64,000 nucleotides of DNA from Candidatus Heimdallarchaeota archaeon (GCA_021399345.1 JAAFKI010000154.1:24498-88497); one strand, 5' to 3'. Positions 20,149 to 30,061 are shown, counted from the first letter of the stretch. Numbers and translations are program-made. Notes: generated from the letters alone by a model not told the origin.

Positions 20149-20886
20149 TTAGATTTCTCTTGCCAAAATCATATTCACTAGATAATATGGGACTTTGGTC
20201 TTTCTTCCCTCTTTGTTTCCCAAAGTCATATCTAAATCATAAGAAAGTGACCAGTTCTCTACAATAGCTTCCTCTCTGATTTCAGTAGATATAATCTTCC
20301 ACTGTGTCCCAGGTTTCAACCCTTTTTCCTCTAATTCAATATAAACTTCTTGTAGAGTTGCTTCATGAGGAAAATGTCTAGCAATAGCTCGCTCAATTAT
20401 TTCTACAATTTCTATATTTCTTCCTGAACTAAAAAGAGCTAGTGGTTTATTCGTTTCTGTTTTAGTTTCAGTGCCTTTCTTTTGGGGTATTGTTGCCCCA
20501 TATGGTGTTTTCTCTGGTTTCAATTTTTGTTCGATCATTTCTGCTATTTCATCAGTTAGAACATGTTCCCATTTACATGCTTCTTCATGTATCTTTGACC
20601 ATGGAACACCTAACCATTCAAGAAAACTTTCAGATAGCCTATGCTTTCTCACAACTTTTCTAGCAGTTTCCTCTCCCTCAGAGGTTAACTTGGCACCATA
20701 ATATGGTTTATACTCAATAAATCCCTTTTTTGATAATTTCTTAAACATTGAAGTAACTGTACTCGGATCTACATTCATCATTTCAGCTATTTGGTTGGTT
20801 TTAACGTTTTTAGTACCATATTCAAAAAACCAGAAGAAAGTTTCTAGATACTCCTCTTCTGCAGCTGTTACTTCTGTTTGATTCAT
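20149..20886 (-). CDS. DtxR/MntR-family metal-dependent transcriptional regulator
   Basis: EEYLE, PSTVTSM, LTSEG, RKHRLSE, EACKWEH. Confidence 0.92.
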   Translation of the reverse strand: MNQTEVTAAEEEYLETFFWFFEYGTKNVKTNQIAEMMNVDPSTVTSMFKKLSKKGFIEYKPYYGAKLTSEGEETARKVVRKHRLSESFLEWLGVPWSKIHEEACKWEHVLTDEIAEMIEQKLKPEKTPYGATIPQKKGTETKTETNKPLALFSSGRNIEIVEIIERAIARHFPHEATLQEVYIELEEKGLKPGTQWKIISTEIREEAIVENWSLSYDLDMTLGNKEGRKTKVPYYLVNMILAREI

Positions 20887-20913
20887 GGGAAACCCTATAG
20901 GTTGTTATAGATA

Positions 20914-21705
20914 TCATTCACCTTTGAATTCAGGCTTTCTCTTTTCAAATACAGCTTTTATTCCTTCTCTTATATCTTTAGTCCTAAAACAAGTTCGTGC
21001 TCCCTTCCTTTCAGCACTATAGCCACTGTCTAGAGAAGAGTACAATCCTTTCTTGATTGCTTTCTTAGCTTCTCTTAATCCTATTGGTGCATTTTTAACA
21101 ATTACTTCTGCCTTCTCTATGGCTTTTGCTTTTAATTCTTCTAGAGGAACCTTTTCAATAATCAATCCCATCTCAAGGGCTTCATCAGCTGAGAATTTTC
21201 TTCCAGTCAGAATGAGATCTTTTGCAATACTTAACCCAACAACTTTAGGAAGATGATAAGTACCACCCCAACCTGGATTCAAACCAATCGTTGTTTCAGT
21301 TAATCCAAATAAAGCATTATCTGAAGCTATACGTATATCACAAGAGAGAGCTAATTCCATTCCTCCTCCAATAGCATATCCATTAATAGCTGCAATCACA
21401 GGTGTGGGATGATTTGCAATTTGGGAAAAAACCTTTTGACCTTTCCTAATTACAGTCATAACTCTCCAACCAAGAGACGCAGTCCATTTGAGATCCACAC
21501 CAGCTGACCAGCTTTTGCCTTCAGCATAGAGGATTATCGCTCGAACAGTTTTATTTTCTTTTAATGATTTGAGTAAAGAAGACAATCCATCTAGCATCTT
21601 GTCATTGAAAGCATTCAAAGCTTTTTGACGATTAAATGTAATTAATGCAATGTTGCTTTTTTCACCCACATAATCTAGTAGAAGTATAGAGTTGTTCTCA
21701 GCCAT
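20914..21705 (-). CDS. Enoyl-CoA hydratase/isomerase
   Basis: SAGVDL, IAAINGYAIGGGMELALSCDIR, PGWGG. Confidence 0.93.
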   Translation of the reverse strand: MAENNSILLLDYVGEKSNIALITFNRQKALNAFNDKMLDGLSSLLKSLKENKTVRAIILYAEGKSWSAGVDLKWTASLGWRVMTVIRKGQKVFSQIANHPTPVIAAINGYAIGGGMELALSCDIRIASDNALFGLTETTIGLNPGWGGTYHLPKVVGLSIAKDLILTGRKFSADEALEMGLIIEKVPLEELKAKAIEKAEVIVKNAPIGLREAKKAIKKGLYSSLDSGYSAERKGARTCFRTKDIREGIKAVFEKRKPEFKGE

Positions 21706-21935
21706 GAACTAACTATCCCTAAGTCATATCTAAATTTTATGCAGTGTATTGTTAATATATTTAGTGAAAGTAGAAAAATGCAGTGGAAAATAACTTAGGA
21801 GCTTTAGACTGTACAATTCAAAAGTGAATAATACTAAAATAATACGATAAACATATATTTATCCGGCAAAAAAGGCAGCACTTCAGCTGATGATGGAGAG
21901 AAGTTTCGTGTAGAAATTGTTATGTCACCAAATGG

Positions 21936-23516
21936 TTAATCCACTTCATACCCACCGCCACCTGGAGTCTCAATAATTACTATATCACCCTTCTTAATTT
22001 CCTTGGTGATTTTAGATGGAAGACAAATTGATTCACCATCTTGTCTCAAGATATTGCGACCTTTAGAACCAGTTCCTCCACCCAGTAATCCAAAAGGAGA
22101 ATGCTCTCTTCTTTCACTTTGTATTGATAGTACAGCTTTTTCTGCTAACAACTCAACTGAACGACGGACACCATTACTCCCTTGCCATTTTCCTGAGCCA
22201 CCAGTATTAGGTATAATTGAGTATTCATGTATTCGCAAAGGATAATATCGTTCTAGAACTTCCACTGAAGTATTCCTAGTGTTTGTCATATGGCTGTGTT
22301 TAGCATTTGGAGGGACGTAATCCTTTCCTGCACCAATCCCTCCTGCAATGGTTTCATAGTAAGTAAATTGCACACCTTTAGGATTAATTCCACCAATAAT
22401 TATGTTATTCATCGTTCCACTACTTGCAGCAGGTACTTCTTCTGGGAACAATTGTGCAAATGATCCAATCATAACATCTGTTATTCTCTGACTTGTTTCT
22501 ACATTCCCAGCAGCTACTCCAGCAGGTGGCAAGGGATCCACTAAGGTACCTTTTTTGGTGATTACCTCTAAAGTTTCATAGAGCCCATAGTTTGTTGCAT
22601 AGTCTCTAGAAACTAAACAACGAAGAATGTAATATGTTGCAGAGAGCGTTACTGCATAAGGAGCATTGATGTTTCCATCTACTTGAGGGTCAGTTTTACT
22701 ATAATCAACAATAAGTTTGTCACCCTTTCTTTGCACTTCAGCTGTAATTGCAATTGGTTCTTCCGTCACTCCATCATTATCCATATAATCAGTATAGGTT
22801 ACAATTTCATTCTCAGGAATGGTTTTCACAAGATCCAAAGAAGCACTTCTTGATCTTTTATTCAAGAAATCTATTATTTTCTGAACCCTATCAAGAGAGT
22901 ATTTTTTCAAAAGAGCATGGAATTTTTTCTCACCAATCTTTGTAGAAGCTAATTGAGCTTGTATGTCTCCCTTCCGTTCATTTGGAACGCGAATATTGTC
23001 AAGAAAATAATCAAACCATTCTTGATTTAAAACACCATCTCTTTCCAGTATGGTTGGATCTATGACAAATCCCTCTTCCTCTAAAGTGTACTTTCCACTG
23101 GGCATAGAGCCGGGGACTACACCTCCAACGTCCGCATGATGGCACCTATTTGCAATATAACCTACCAATGTTCTTTCAAAGAAAATAGGTTTAACCACAG
23201 ATATGTCTGGAAGATGTGTTCCACCCAAATAAGGATTATTTGCAATGTAAATATCCCCATCCTTGATGTTATCCTCACCAAAATGTTTGATTAAAGCTTT
23301 AACTCCCTCTGGCATTGCACCAAGATGAACTGGAATGTGCTCTGCTTGAGCAATTAATCTGCCTTTGTGATCCATTATAGCACTTGAAAAGTCTAATCTA
23401 TCTCTGATATTGGGGGAAAAGGCTGACCGTTGAAGAACGATACCTGTTTCTAAAGCTACGTTCTTCAATGACTGATTAATGACTTGTGCCTCAATGAGAC
23501 TAAATTTAGAACTCAT
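21936..23516 (-). CDS. Hydantoinase B / 5-oxoprolinase subunit
   Basis: SPNIRDRLDFS, IPVHLG, GGTHLPD, HHADVGG, ETPGGGGY. Confidence 0.93.
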   Translation of the reverse strand: MSSKFSLIEAQVINQSLKNVALETGIVLQRSAFSPNIRDRLDFSSAIMDHKGRLIAQAEHIPVHLGAMPEGVKALIKHFGEDNIKDGDIYIANNPYLGGTHLPDISVVKPIFFERTLVGYIANRCHHADVGGVVPGSMPSGKYTLEEEGFVIDPTILERDGVLNQEWFDYFLDNIRVPNERKGDIQAQLASTKIGEKKFHALLKKYSLDRVQKIIDFLNKRSRSASLDLVKTIPENEIVTYTDYMDNDGVTEEPIAITAEVQRKGDKLIVDYSKTDPQVDGNINAPYAVTLSATYYILRCLVSRDYATNYGLYETLEVITKKGTLVDPLPPAGVAAGNVETSQRITDVMIGSFAQLFPEEVPAASSGTMNNIIIGGINPKGVQFTYYETIAGGIGAGKDYVPPNAKHSHMTNTRNTSVEVLERYYPLRIHEYSIIPNTGGSGKWQGSNGVRRSVELLAEKAVLSIQSERREHSPFGLLGGGTGSKGRNILRQDGESICLPSKITKEIKKGDIVIIETPGGGGYEVD

Positions 23517-25588
23517 TTTCTCTCCTCCATTATTATGTATCCTAAACTGTTTATCCGCCCAAGTACTGAAGGTGGAATTACAGTAGTGGTATCAAGTTGA
23601 TCAATAATACAAGGTCCGCCTAGAACATTACCTGATAGCAATTTTTGCTTATCATAAACTGGAATATCTATCCATTCTCCATCAAAATTAACCCTTCGGT
23701 TTGTTTTAATCGCATCTTCAGGTGGATTTTCAGAACCCTTAGCTAACTTTGTGAATTCTATTCTTGGTACTTTGCCAACTCCCCTTACAGATAAGTTTAC
23801 TATCTCAACTATGAGTTCTTTATCAAACCAAGAATAATTCTGATTATGTAACAACTGAAATTTTTCAGTTACAGATTCTAGTTGTTTTTTATCAATTGGG
23901 AATGTAACAGATAAGGTTAGAAAGTCAGATTGACCTACATATCTCATATCTAAGGAATAATCAAAGAATTGATCTTCGCTTCCAACCTCTTCACTTGTAA
24001 GAACTTTTTTCAGATCTTCCTCGATTTCCTTAAGTTTTTCATTCATCTCAGTAAAATCTACTTCATCTTTAGTTTGAAGATAGGATTGTGTATGTTCGTG
24101 TTTAATGTCTGAACAGACAAGTCCAAAAGCTGACCAAACACCAGGGAAGGGTGGAATAATAACCCCGTCCATTTCAAGCTCTTGAGCTATTTCCCAAGCT
24201 TGTAGAGGACCAGCTCCACCAAACCCTAGCAGAGCAAAATCTCTTGGGTCTAATCCTCTTTGTATTGTCACAACCCTGATTGCATTAGCAATGTTATTGT
24301 TTAGTATCTTCCTGACAGATAATGCTAGTTCATCTATGGTCACTATTTCAAGAGGGAATGGTGATGACTTGATTTCATTTAATAGATTATTGAGTTGTAG
24401 AGTTGCTTTATCTTTATCTATATTCAAACTCCCTGCAAAATTATCTTGATGAACATAACCCAGATACAGATTTGCATCAGTTAAGGTTACCTTATCTCCT
24501 CCTAGAGAGTAGCACGCTGGACCAGGATTTGCCCCCTGAGACTCTGGTCCAACAGATAATAAACCATCTTTAAAGTCTGCAATTGATCCACCACCACTAC
24601 CTATTGTTTCTACATCCACCATACTTGCAACTAGTGGGAAACCTCTAAATTCTCTTGATCTTAAAACAATTGGACCATTTATTAGAGCTGCAACATCAGT
24701 AGATGTTCCCCCTATATCAAGAGAAACTAAGTGCGTTCTGTTTAAGTGTTTAAGACTATCAGCTGCAGCTAAGACTCCACCCGCAAGCCCAGAATAAAGA
24801 GTTTGTATACCCAATTTACCTATCGAAACAACATCTGCCATTCCAGTATTGGATTGCATAATAAGTAGAGGAGATTCCACTCCTAGATTTATTAGCTTAC
24901 TTTTCAATCTCGATAAGTATGAATTGACCACTGGGCTAACTTTAGCATTAACGATTGTTGTAACAGCCCTTTCATACTCCTTGATTTGAGGACTTATCTC
25001 ATGAGATGTAAAAACATTGTAACCCTTCTCCGAAAAATATTCAGCAACCCTCTTCTCATGTTCTATATTGAGAAAAGAAAAAAGAAAGGAGATGGCTAAG
25101 TTCTTAACTGACTTTGACTCAAACATCTGTAAAGAATTTTCCAACGAACGAAGATCAAGAGATTTGACAATCTTTCCATTACTGTCAACTCTTTCTTCAA
25201 CCTCGTAAAGAACATCTTTTTGAAAATTAACTGGATATTTCTGATTGAATTTAAGATTATAGAGTTCTGACCTTTGTTGTCTTCCAATTTCAACTATGTC
25301 TTTGAATCCTTTTGTAGTTAGGAAAGCAATAGGGGGACATTTGTCCTCTAGAAATGCATTTGTTCCTATTGTTGTCCCATGAACAATCACTTCCACATCA
25401 TTTTTTTGAAAGTGATGCTTTTCCATAATTTCGTTGAAACCAAAGATTATACCCTCACTTGGATCAGTAGGAGTAGTAGGAGTCTTCCATGCAGAAATAT
25501 GTCCGTTAGTTACAATAACATAATCTGTGAAAGTCCCGCCCGTATCAATTCCAATTCTAACTTGTGATGACAGATTGTCCCCGTTCAA
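23513..25588 (-). CDS. Hydantoinase A / 5-oxoprolinase ATP-binding subunit
   Basis: GIDTGGTFTD, HGTTIGTNA, DIGGTSTD, GANPGPACY, FGGAGPL. Confidence 0.93.
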   Translation of the reverse strand: MNGDNLSSQVRIGIDTGGTFTDYVIVTNGHISAWKTPTTPTDPSEGIIFGFNEIMEKHHFQKNDVEVIVHGTTIGTNAFLEDKCPPIAFLTTKGFKDIVEIGRQQRSELYNLKFNQKYPVNFQKDVLYEVEERVDSNGKIVKSLDLRSLENSLQMFESKSVKNLAISFLFSFLNIEHEKRVAEYFSEKGYNVFTSHEISPQIKEYERAVTTIVNAKVSPVVNSYLSRLKSKLINLGVESPLLIMQSNTGMADVVSIGKLGIQTLYSGLAGGVLAAADSLKHLNRTHLVSLDIGGTSTDVAALINGPIVLRSREFRGFPLVASMVDVETIGSGGGSIADFKDGLLSVGPESQGANPGPACYSLGGDKVTLTDANLYLGYVHQDNFAGSLNIDKDKATLQLNNLLNEIKSSPFPLEIVTIDELALSVRKILNNNIANAIRVVTIQRGLDPRDFALLGFGGAGPLQAWEIAQELEMDGVIIPPFPGVWSAFGLVCSDIKHEHTQSYLQTKDEVDFTEMNEKLKEIEEDLKKVLTSEEVGSEDQFFDYSLDMRYVGQSDFLTLSVTFPIDKKQLESVTEKFQLLHNQNYSWFDKELIVEIVNLSVRGVGKVPRIEFTKLAKGSENPPEDAIKTNRRVNFDGEWIDIPVYDKQKLLSGNVLGGPCIIDQLDTTTVIPPSVLGRINSLGYIIMEERK

Positions 25589-25706
25589 AGTTATTCAGAT
25601 TACAGAGAATCTGAACCAATTTAAAGTTTAGCGGAAAACCATTTGACCGTTAGTAACTAAGGAGTGAAAAGTTAGCCAATCTTACCAGAGCACCAGAAAA
25701 AGAACG

Positions 25707-25850
25707 TTTGAGACCAAACTCCTCCCTATCAACCAAGTAGAGCAGCAGTTGGGTGGAAGACAATTGGTGGTAGATATGATTGCCCTCGTTACTTCTTTCG
25801 CAGGAAGGCTACATAGACAACGAAGAGGGAAAGCTCCGATGACGGGATGA
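25707..25850 (+). pseudogene. tnpA: C-terminal remnant of IS607 serine-recombinase TnpA
   Basis: Reads FETKLLPINQVEQQLGGRQLVVDMIALVTSFAGRLHRQRRGKAPMTG*, matching the IS607 helix-E pattern ELVEDL..IV.SF.GRLYG.R; N-terminal HTH and catalytic region missing. Confidence 0.78.
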
Positions 25851-25896
25851 GTTCTTGCCTTTAAATATCATTTTGCGGATTAGATAGTGAGACAAA

Positions 25897-27825
25897 ATGG
25901 TCACACACACAGCAACCAACCTACAAGCTCTCCTTCCCAACACGTCAAAAGGAGTGATGAGAAGTTATCAGGTGGTGCTCAGATGTGCGGACCAAACCCA
26001 ACGAGAAGAGATTAACCAGAGGATAAGAACACTAGAAAACCAGCAAGAACACTTACTCACCCCTCAAATTATCAAGCAAGCTGTGAATCTTTACCGAACT
26101 AATCCGAAAGAAGAATTCTTCACTCGACAACTCTGTAAAACAGTGGGAAAAAGTCCGAATATAGCAGAAAGTGCCTTTCATTGGTTGTACATTGCCATCA
26201 AAGGTAAGATCAACAAGGAGAAGAAAGCACAAGGATTACTCAATTTCTTGTTGAAGAATCCCCAACAGTTAGTAGAATGGGTGATTTTTGGTCGGTCACC
26301 TTATACTGAACGAAGCTTAGAAAATTATTGGAGATTGAAAAGGAGATATATCATTAACCTTCTTACCAGTACGAGAACTCAAACCGATTCTTATTGGAGA
26401 AAGAAGCATAAAACTAATTTTCATGCCCAGATCTTACAACTTAATACTCACCTTCCACACTGTACTCAATGTGAAGTACTTCAAGCTCTAGATGATGCCT
26501 TGTTCTATCATCAGCACGAATTCTCTCTCATCCCACAACTGACCAAGAATCAGCAAGCGTTTCTGAAGAAACTGCAACTTTTGAAAAAGGAACAGCACGT
26601 AGTTGTTCCTTTTCTCACCTCATGGATCAATAGTCCTCAAAATTCTCGATGGAAAAGTCTCAAAGAACTCTCAGAACAACTCACCATAATTATAGGTAAA
26701 CCTTCCCGAAAACTCTTTTCTGTTGTTAGGCAGATAGTCGTTTTCACACTCTTTGATCATTACATGCAGAGTGTCCCTCAGTTAGTTCAGGTACTCCCTA
26801 TATCCAATGTTGTTCCCCCACCATTTAAACGAAAAAAGAAAGGAAGATTGCCAATAAAATTGTTAATGAAGAAAAATTATGTTATCACCCGCCAAGGGAA
26901 TGCCCAAGAAGTAACAGATCAGATCAAGAAGCAAGGCTGGACCGAACTCGGTTTTCCGCAAAAAGGAAAACAAAAGTTAACTGCGCAAGTTCACTTTCCA
27001 CCAAAAGTAGTAGAATATATTAAAAGTGGAGCACACATCAAAGTCCTTCAAGTAAGTAGTGGAAAAGCACCTAGGTTCAAACCTCGGGTGGATGTGGTTC
27101 TTGAAGGAGCACATGCTTGTTTCCATTCCTCTACACTTCTTCATCGTTATCTTAAAAAGATTTCAGCAAAGAAAACCTCTATCCTTGGACTAGATATTAA
27201 CCGCCTAGGCCAATATATGATTGTGTTTAATGTCCCTGTATCACTCCCTCAAGATTTACTCAACTTGACAAAACAATATGAACATCTCAGTACAAAAGTT
27301 ATCGACGAGCTGAACAGAGGGTTTCTCCGAAAACGAAAGGAGTATGATGCTCATGGAAGTTGTAAACTTAAAGGCGAACTCAATCGCGTCTATACTCGTC
27401 GTCATAGACTCCTTAGAGAAATTGTCAGTCTTCTCCCTCACTTTCTCGCAGCAGTGCTGGTGAAAAAGAAATGCACAGTACTCAAGATTGAGCACCTCTC
27501 TACAGACGCTACTGGCACCAAAGGCGCCTTAGCTAAAGCTATTTACACCATGCCCGATAGTTTGCTCATTTACAAGAAAGCGGTTTGGTTAGCTTCCCTA
27601 GAATTAGGCTATGATATTCTCTTAAAAACTGTTCCTCCCTATCACACTAGTACTCGTCACTACAAGTGTGGAGGTACTGTTGTTCGTCAACCAGGACAAT
27701 ATGACATAGCTCTATGTAAGAAGTGTAACCAACAGATTAATACACATAGTAATGCTGCTCACAATATCGCTTCCCTTCCAGGTACTCTCCTTCCTAATGA
27801 TTCCTTCCCCTCACCGCACGTGTAG
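25897..27825 (+). CDS. tnpB: Large TnpB-family RNA-guided RuvC nuclease (642 aa)
   Basis: RuvC-I ILGLDIN, RuvC-II KIEHL, TS..HYKC...CKKC zinc ribbon, RuvC-III-like HSNAAHNIA; directly downstream of tnpA remnant. Confidence 0.85.
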   Translation: MVTHTATNLQALLPNTSKGVMRSYQVVLRCADQTQREEINQRIRTLENQQEHLLTPQIIKQAVNLYRTNPKEEFFTRQLCKTVGKSPNIAESAFHWLYIAIKGKINKEKKAQGLLNFLLKNPQQLVEWVIFGRSPYTERSLENYWRLKRRYIINLLTSTRTQTDSYWRKKHKTNFHAQILQLNTHLPHCTQCEVLQALDDALFYHQHEFSLIPQLTKNQQAFLKKLQLLKKEQHVVVPFLTSWINSPQNSRWKSLKELSEQLTIIIGKPSRKLFSVVRQIVVFTLFDHYMQSVPQLVQVLPISNVVPPPFKRKKKGRLPIKLLMKKNYVITRQGNAQEVTDQIKKQGWTELGFPQKGKQKLTAQVHFPPKVVEYIKSGAHIKVLQVSSGKAPRFKPRVDVVLEGAHACFHSSTLLHRYLKKISAKKTSILGLDINRLGQYMIVFNVPVSLPQDLLNLTKQYEHLSTKVIDELNRGFLRKRKEYDAHGSCKLKGELNRVYTRRHRLLREIVSLLPHFLAAVLVKKKCTVLKIEHLSTDATGTKGALAKAIYTMPDSLLIYKKAVWLASLELGYDILLKTVPPYHTSTRHYKCGGTVVRQPGQYDIALCKKCNQQINTHSNAAHNIASLPGTLLPNDSFPSPHV

Positions 27826-27845
27826 GGGACCCACACAAACGACGG

Positions 27846-27989
27846 TTAAACGCCCCCTGGCAAGTTTAACCAAGTTTCATAACGTGCGTTATAAAATTCA
27901 AATTTCTTCTGCTCTGCTTTATTCTCTAAGGTATACTTCCAATCCTTCTCAACTTTCTCCATTCTTGCTTTAGTCTTATTTTCATTCAT
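27846..27989 (-). CDS. Small hypothetical protein (47 aa), not in ORF track
   Basis: MNENKTKARMEKVEKDWKYTLENKAEQKKFEFYNARYETWLNLPGGV*; GGTGA RBS 6 nt upstream of ATG and TATA box at 28089-28096. Confidence 0.55.
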   Translation of the reverse strand: MNENKTKARMEKVEKDWKYTLENKAEQKKFEFYNARYETWLNLPGGV

Positions 27990-28230
27990 TATCTATCACC
28001 TATACTACTCACTAATTCATCTAATTTCAGATGCTAGGCTCATGTCACCAGCAGTGACTTTCTCCCTGTATCCTACAAGTAAGCTAGATATAAAAACACC
28101 AAAAACAAATTGCGAAGAACTGTTGAAAGTTATACTAGTATTTTCTTAATTCTAGAAATTGTCAAAGAACAAGCATTAAAAATCAAATGTTCCCATTTTT
28201 ACCATCAAAAATAATTCTGAGCTGAAATCG

Positions 28231-29226
28231 ATGCCATACTTTTTACGAAAAATCTGGAATGACTCAATCTTTCAAGGTAAGAACAAAAAACGGAATTACT
28301 TTGAAGGATGGTATTTCAAAATAATAAATTCTACAAAAGATGAGATTTATGCAATTATTCCTGGGATTTCCTATGATAATAATGGAAATGGAATAGCTTT
28401 TGTTCAATTCTTTGATGGAATAAATGCAGAAACTACTTTCTTTGAATTCGATATCTCTGCGTTCAAGTTCTCAAAGAAGGAATTCGCTGTTGAAATCGGA
28501 GAAAACTATTTTAGCTCTGAAAAGATTAAACTCAGTCTATCTTCAGAGGGAAAAAAAGTGGAAGGAGAGATTGGAATAGGAGAATTAGTACCTTGGTCTA
28601 AGAAGAAGTTATCTTTAGGTGTAATGGGTTGGTATAAGCTAGTTCCATTTATGGAATGCTATCACGGCGTTCTAGGTTTTGATCATTCTATTGAAGGAGA
28701 ACTTTCAGTAGATGGAAAGAAAATCGATTTCACAAATGGCAAGGGGTATATGGAAAAAGATTATGGTAAAAGCTTTCCTCACTATTATATCTGGATGCAA
28801 TCAAATACTTTCGATAAAGAAGGTGTTTCTCTCATGGCTTCATATGCAAAAATACCTTGGTTAGGTAATTCTTTTGATGGCTATCTAGTAGGTTTTAGAC
28901 ACAATAAAGAACTATACAGATTTACAAATTATACTGGAGCAGAAGTTACCAAACTTCAACTAAAAGAAAAGGAGATTATACTTCATGTCACTGATAAGAA
29001 GTATAGGGTTGAAATAACGGCTTTTAAATCCAAAGCAGTTAATCTTCATTCTCCAATTGATGGTTCTATGGTCGGAAGAATTTTGGAAAGCAATACTTCT
29101 GAACTTAAAGTTCGTTTAATCAAGCTCAGTAAAAAAGAGGGAGAAAGTATACTTTTTGAGGGAACTGGCAAAAATGCAGGTCTAGACATAGGTGGAAGGG
29201 TTGAAGAAATAAAGGAAATTTATTGA
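28231..29226 (+). CDS. Tocopherol cyclase-family protein
   Basis: NYFEGWYFK, IIPG, PFMECYHG, GYMEKDYGKSFP..YIWMQSN. Confidence 0.82.
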   Translation: MPYFLRKIWNDSIFQGKNKKRNYFEGWYFKIINSTKDEIYAIIPGISYDNNGNGIAFVQFFDGINAETTFFEFDISAFKFSKKEFAVEIGENYFSSEKIKLSLSSEGKKVEGEIGIGELVPWSKKKLSLGVMGWYKLVPFMECYHGVLGFDHSIEGELSVDGKKIDFTNGKGYMEKDYGKSFPHYYIWMQSNTFDKEGVSLMASYAKIPWLGNSFDGYLVGFRHNKELYRFTNYTGAEVTKLQLKEKEIILHVTDKKYRVEITAFKSKAVNLHSPIDGSMVGRILESNTSELKVRLIKLSKKEGESILFEGTGKNAGLDIGGRVEEIKEIY

Positions 29227-29250
29227 AAACCTATCTTTTACCATAGAAAT

Positions 29251-30042
29251 TTAAATAGTTTTTATTGTATAGATAGCAGATAATGCTGCTAGCCAACTCG
29301 TTTTTGGGTTGGTTGGTGAAGGGTTGTTCTCGAAAAGGAAATTATATTTTCCAACTTCAGATTCAATTTCGATTGCATGAATGTTTTTTGAAATCGATGG
29401 ATCAGCGATTATTTCAACTAATGTTTTTTCAGGACCTAATGTTGAGAGAGCTAAGCGTGCAGCAACATTAATACTCCTTGGAAAATATGTAGCGGCTAGT
29501 TTAGCATTTCCTTTGAATATGACCACTGGTGAATGTTCGTTTAATTTGATGTTGTTTGATTCAATATAGCTGTTGTTCCTAAAGGCTCTGTTTGGTTTTC
29601 TAGTTTGGAGCTTAGCAGATTTTATGCCTACTAAGTTAATTGTTTCTACACTATCAAATCCACCAATAGCACCAGAGGGAAGAATAATGTTCTTTTTCTT
29701 TATTTCAGTTAATTTTTGGTATTTAGAAAATAAACCAGGGAAAGATACGAAAGCACCAATACTCATAGGAACGAAATATTTGCCACTTCTTATTATTTCA
29801 TCAAATACTTCAGCTACTACTTGTTGAACTGCACATTCTACAACAATATCACAATCTTGGAAATCAGTTACATGTTGCATTAGTCTGATTGAAGGATGTT
29901 TTTCAGCAACATCTTTCATTTTTACATCGTCAATATCATATACAGCTTGGATGGTCAGATTTTCATTTGCTTCTTCACTTACAGCATTCAGAATAGTAGT
30001 TCCTATGTATCCCAGTCCTATTAATCCTATCTTTTTTGTCAA
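29251..30042 (-). CDS. nadX: L-aspartate dehydrogenase
   Basis: GLGYIG, VVECA, PSGAIGGFD, FP..INVA, NIHAI, NPKTS.LA. Confidence 0.88.
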   Translation of the reverse strand: MTKKIGLIGLGYIGTTILNAVSEEANENLTIQAVYDIDDVKMKDVAEKHPSIRLMQHVTDFQDCDIVVECAVQQVVAEVFDEIIRSGKYFVPMSIGAFVSFPGLFSKYQKLTEIKKKNIILPSGAIGGFDSVETINLVGIKSAKLQTRKPNRAFRNNSYIESNNIKLNEHSPVVIFKGNAKLAATYFPRSINVAARLALSTLGPEKTLVEIIADPSISKNIHAIEIESEVGKYNFLFENNPSPTNPKTSWLAALSAIYTIKTI

Positions 30043-30061
30043 TGAATCATGCTCCTGAACA

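Larger units (their letters stand above)
25635..27845 (+). mobile_element. Non-autonomous IS607-family element (tnpA remnant plus tnpB); ends inferred
   Basis: Higher GC than flanks; tnpA C-terminal remnant followed by tnpB; CGG at both predicted junctions (25632-25634 and 27843-27845). Confidence 0.7.

Noticed and set aside
21860-21935. CUGAUGA-containing intergenic stretch (hammerhead, C/D sRNA or SECIS?)
   Set aside because: No correctly placed GAAA with stems, no D box partner and no complete SECIS core
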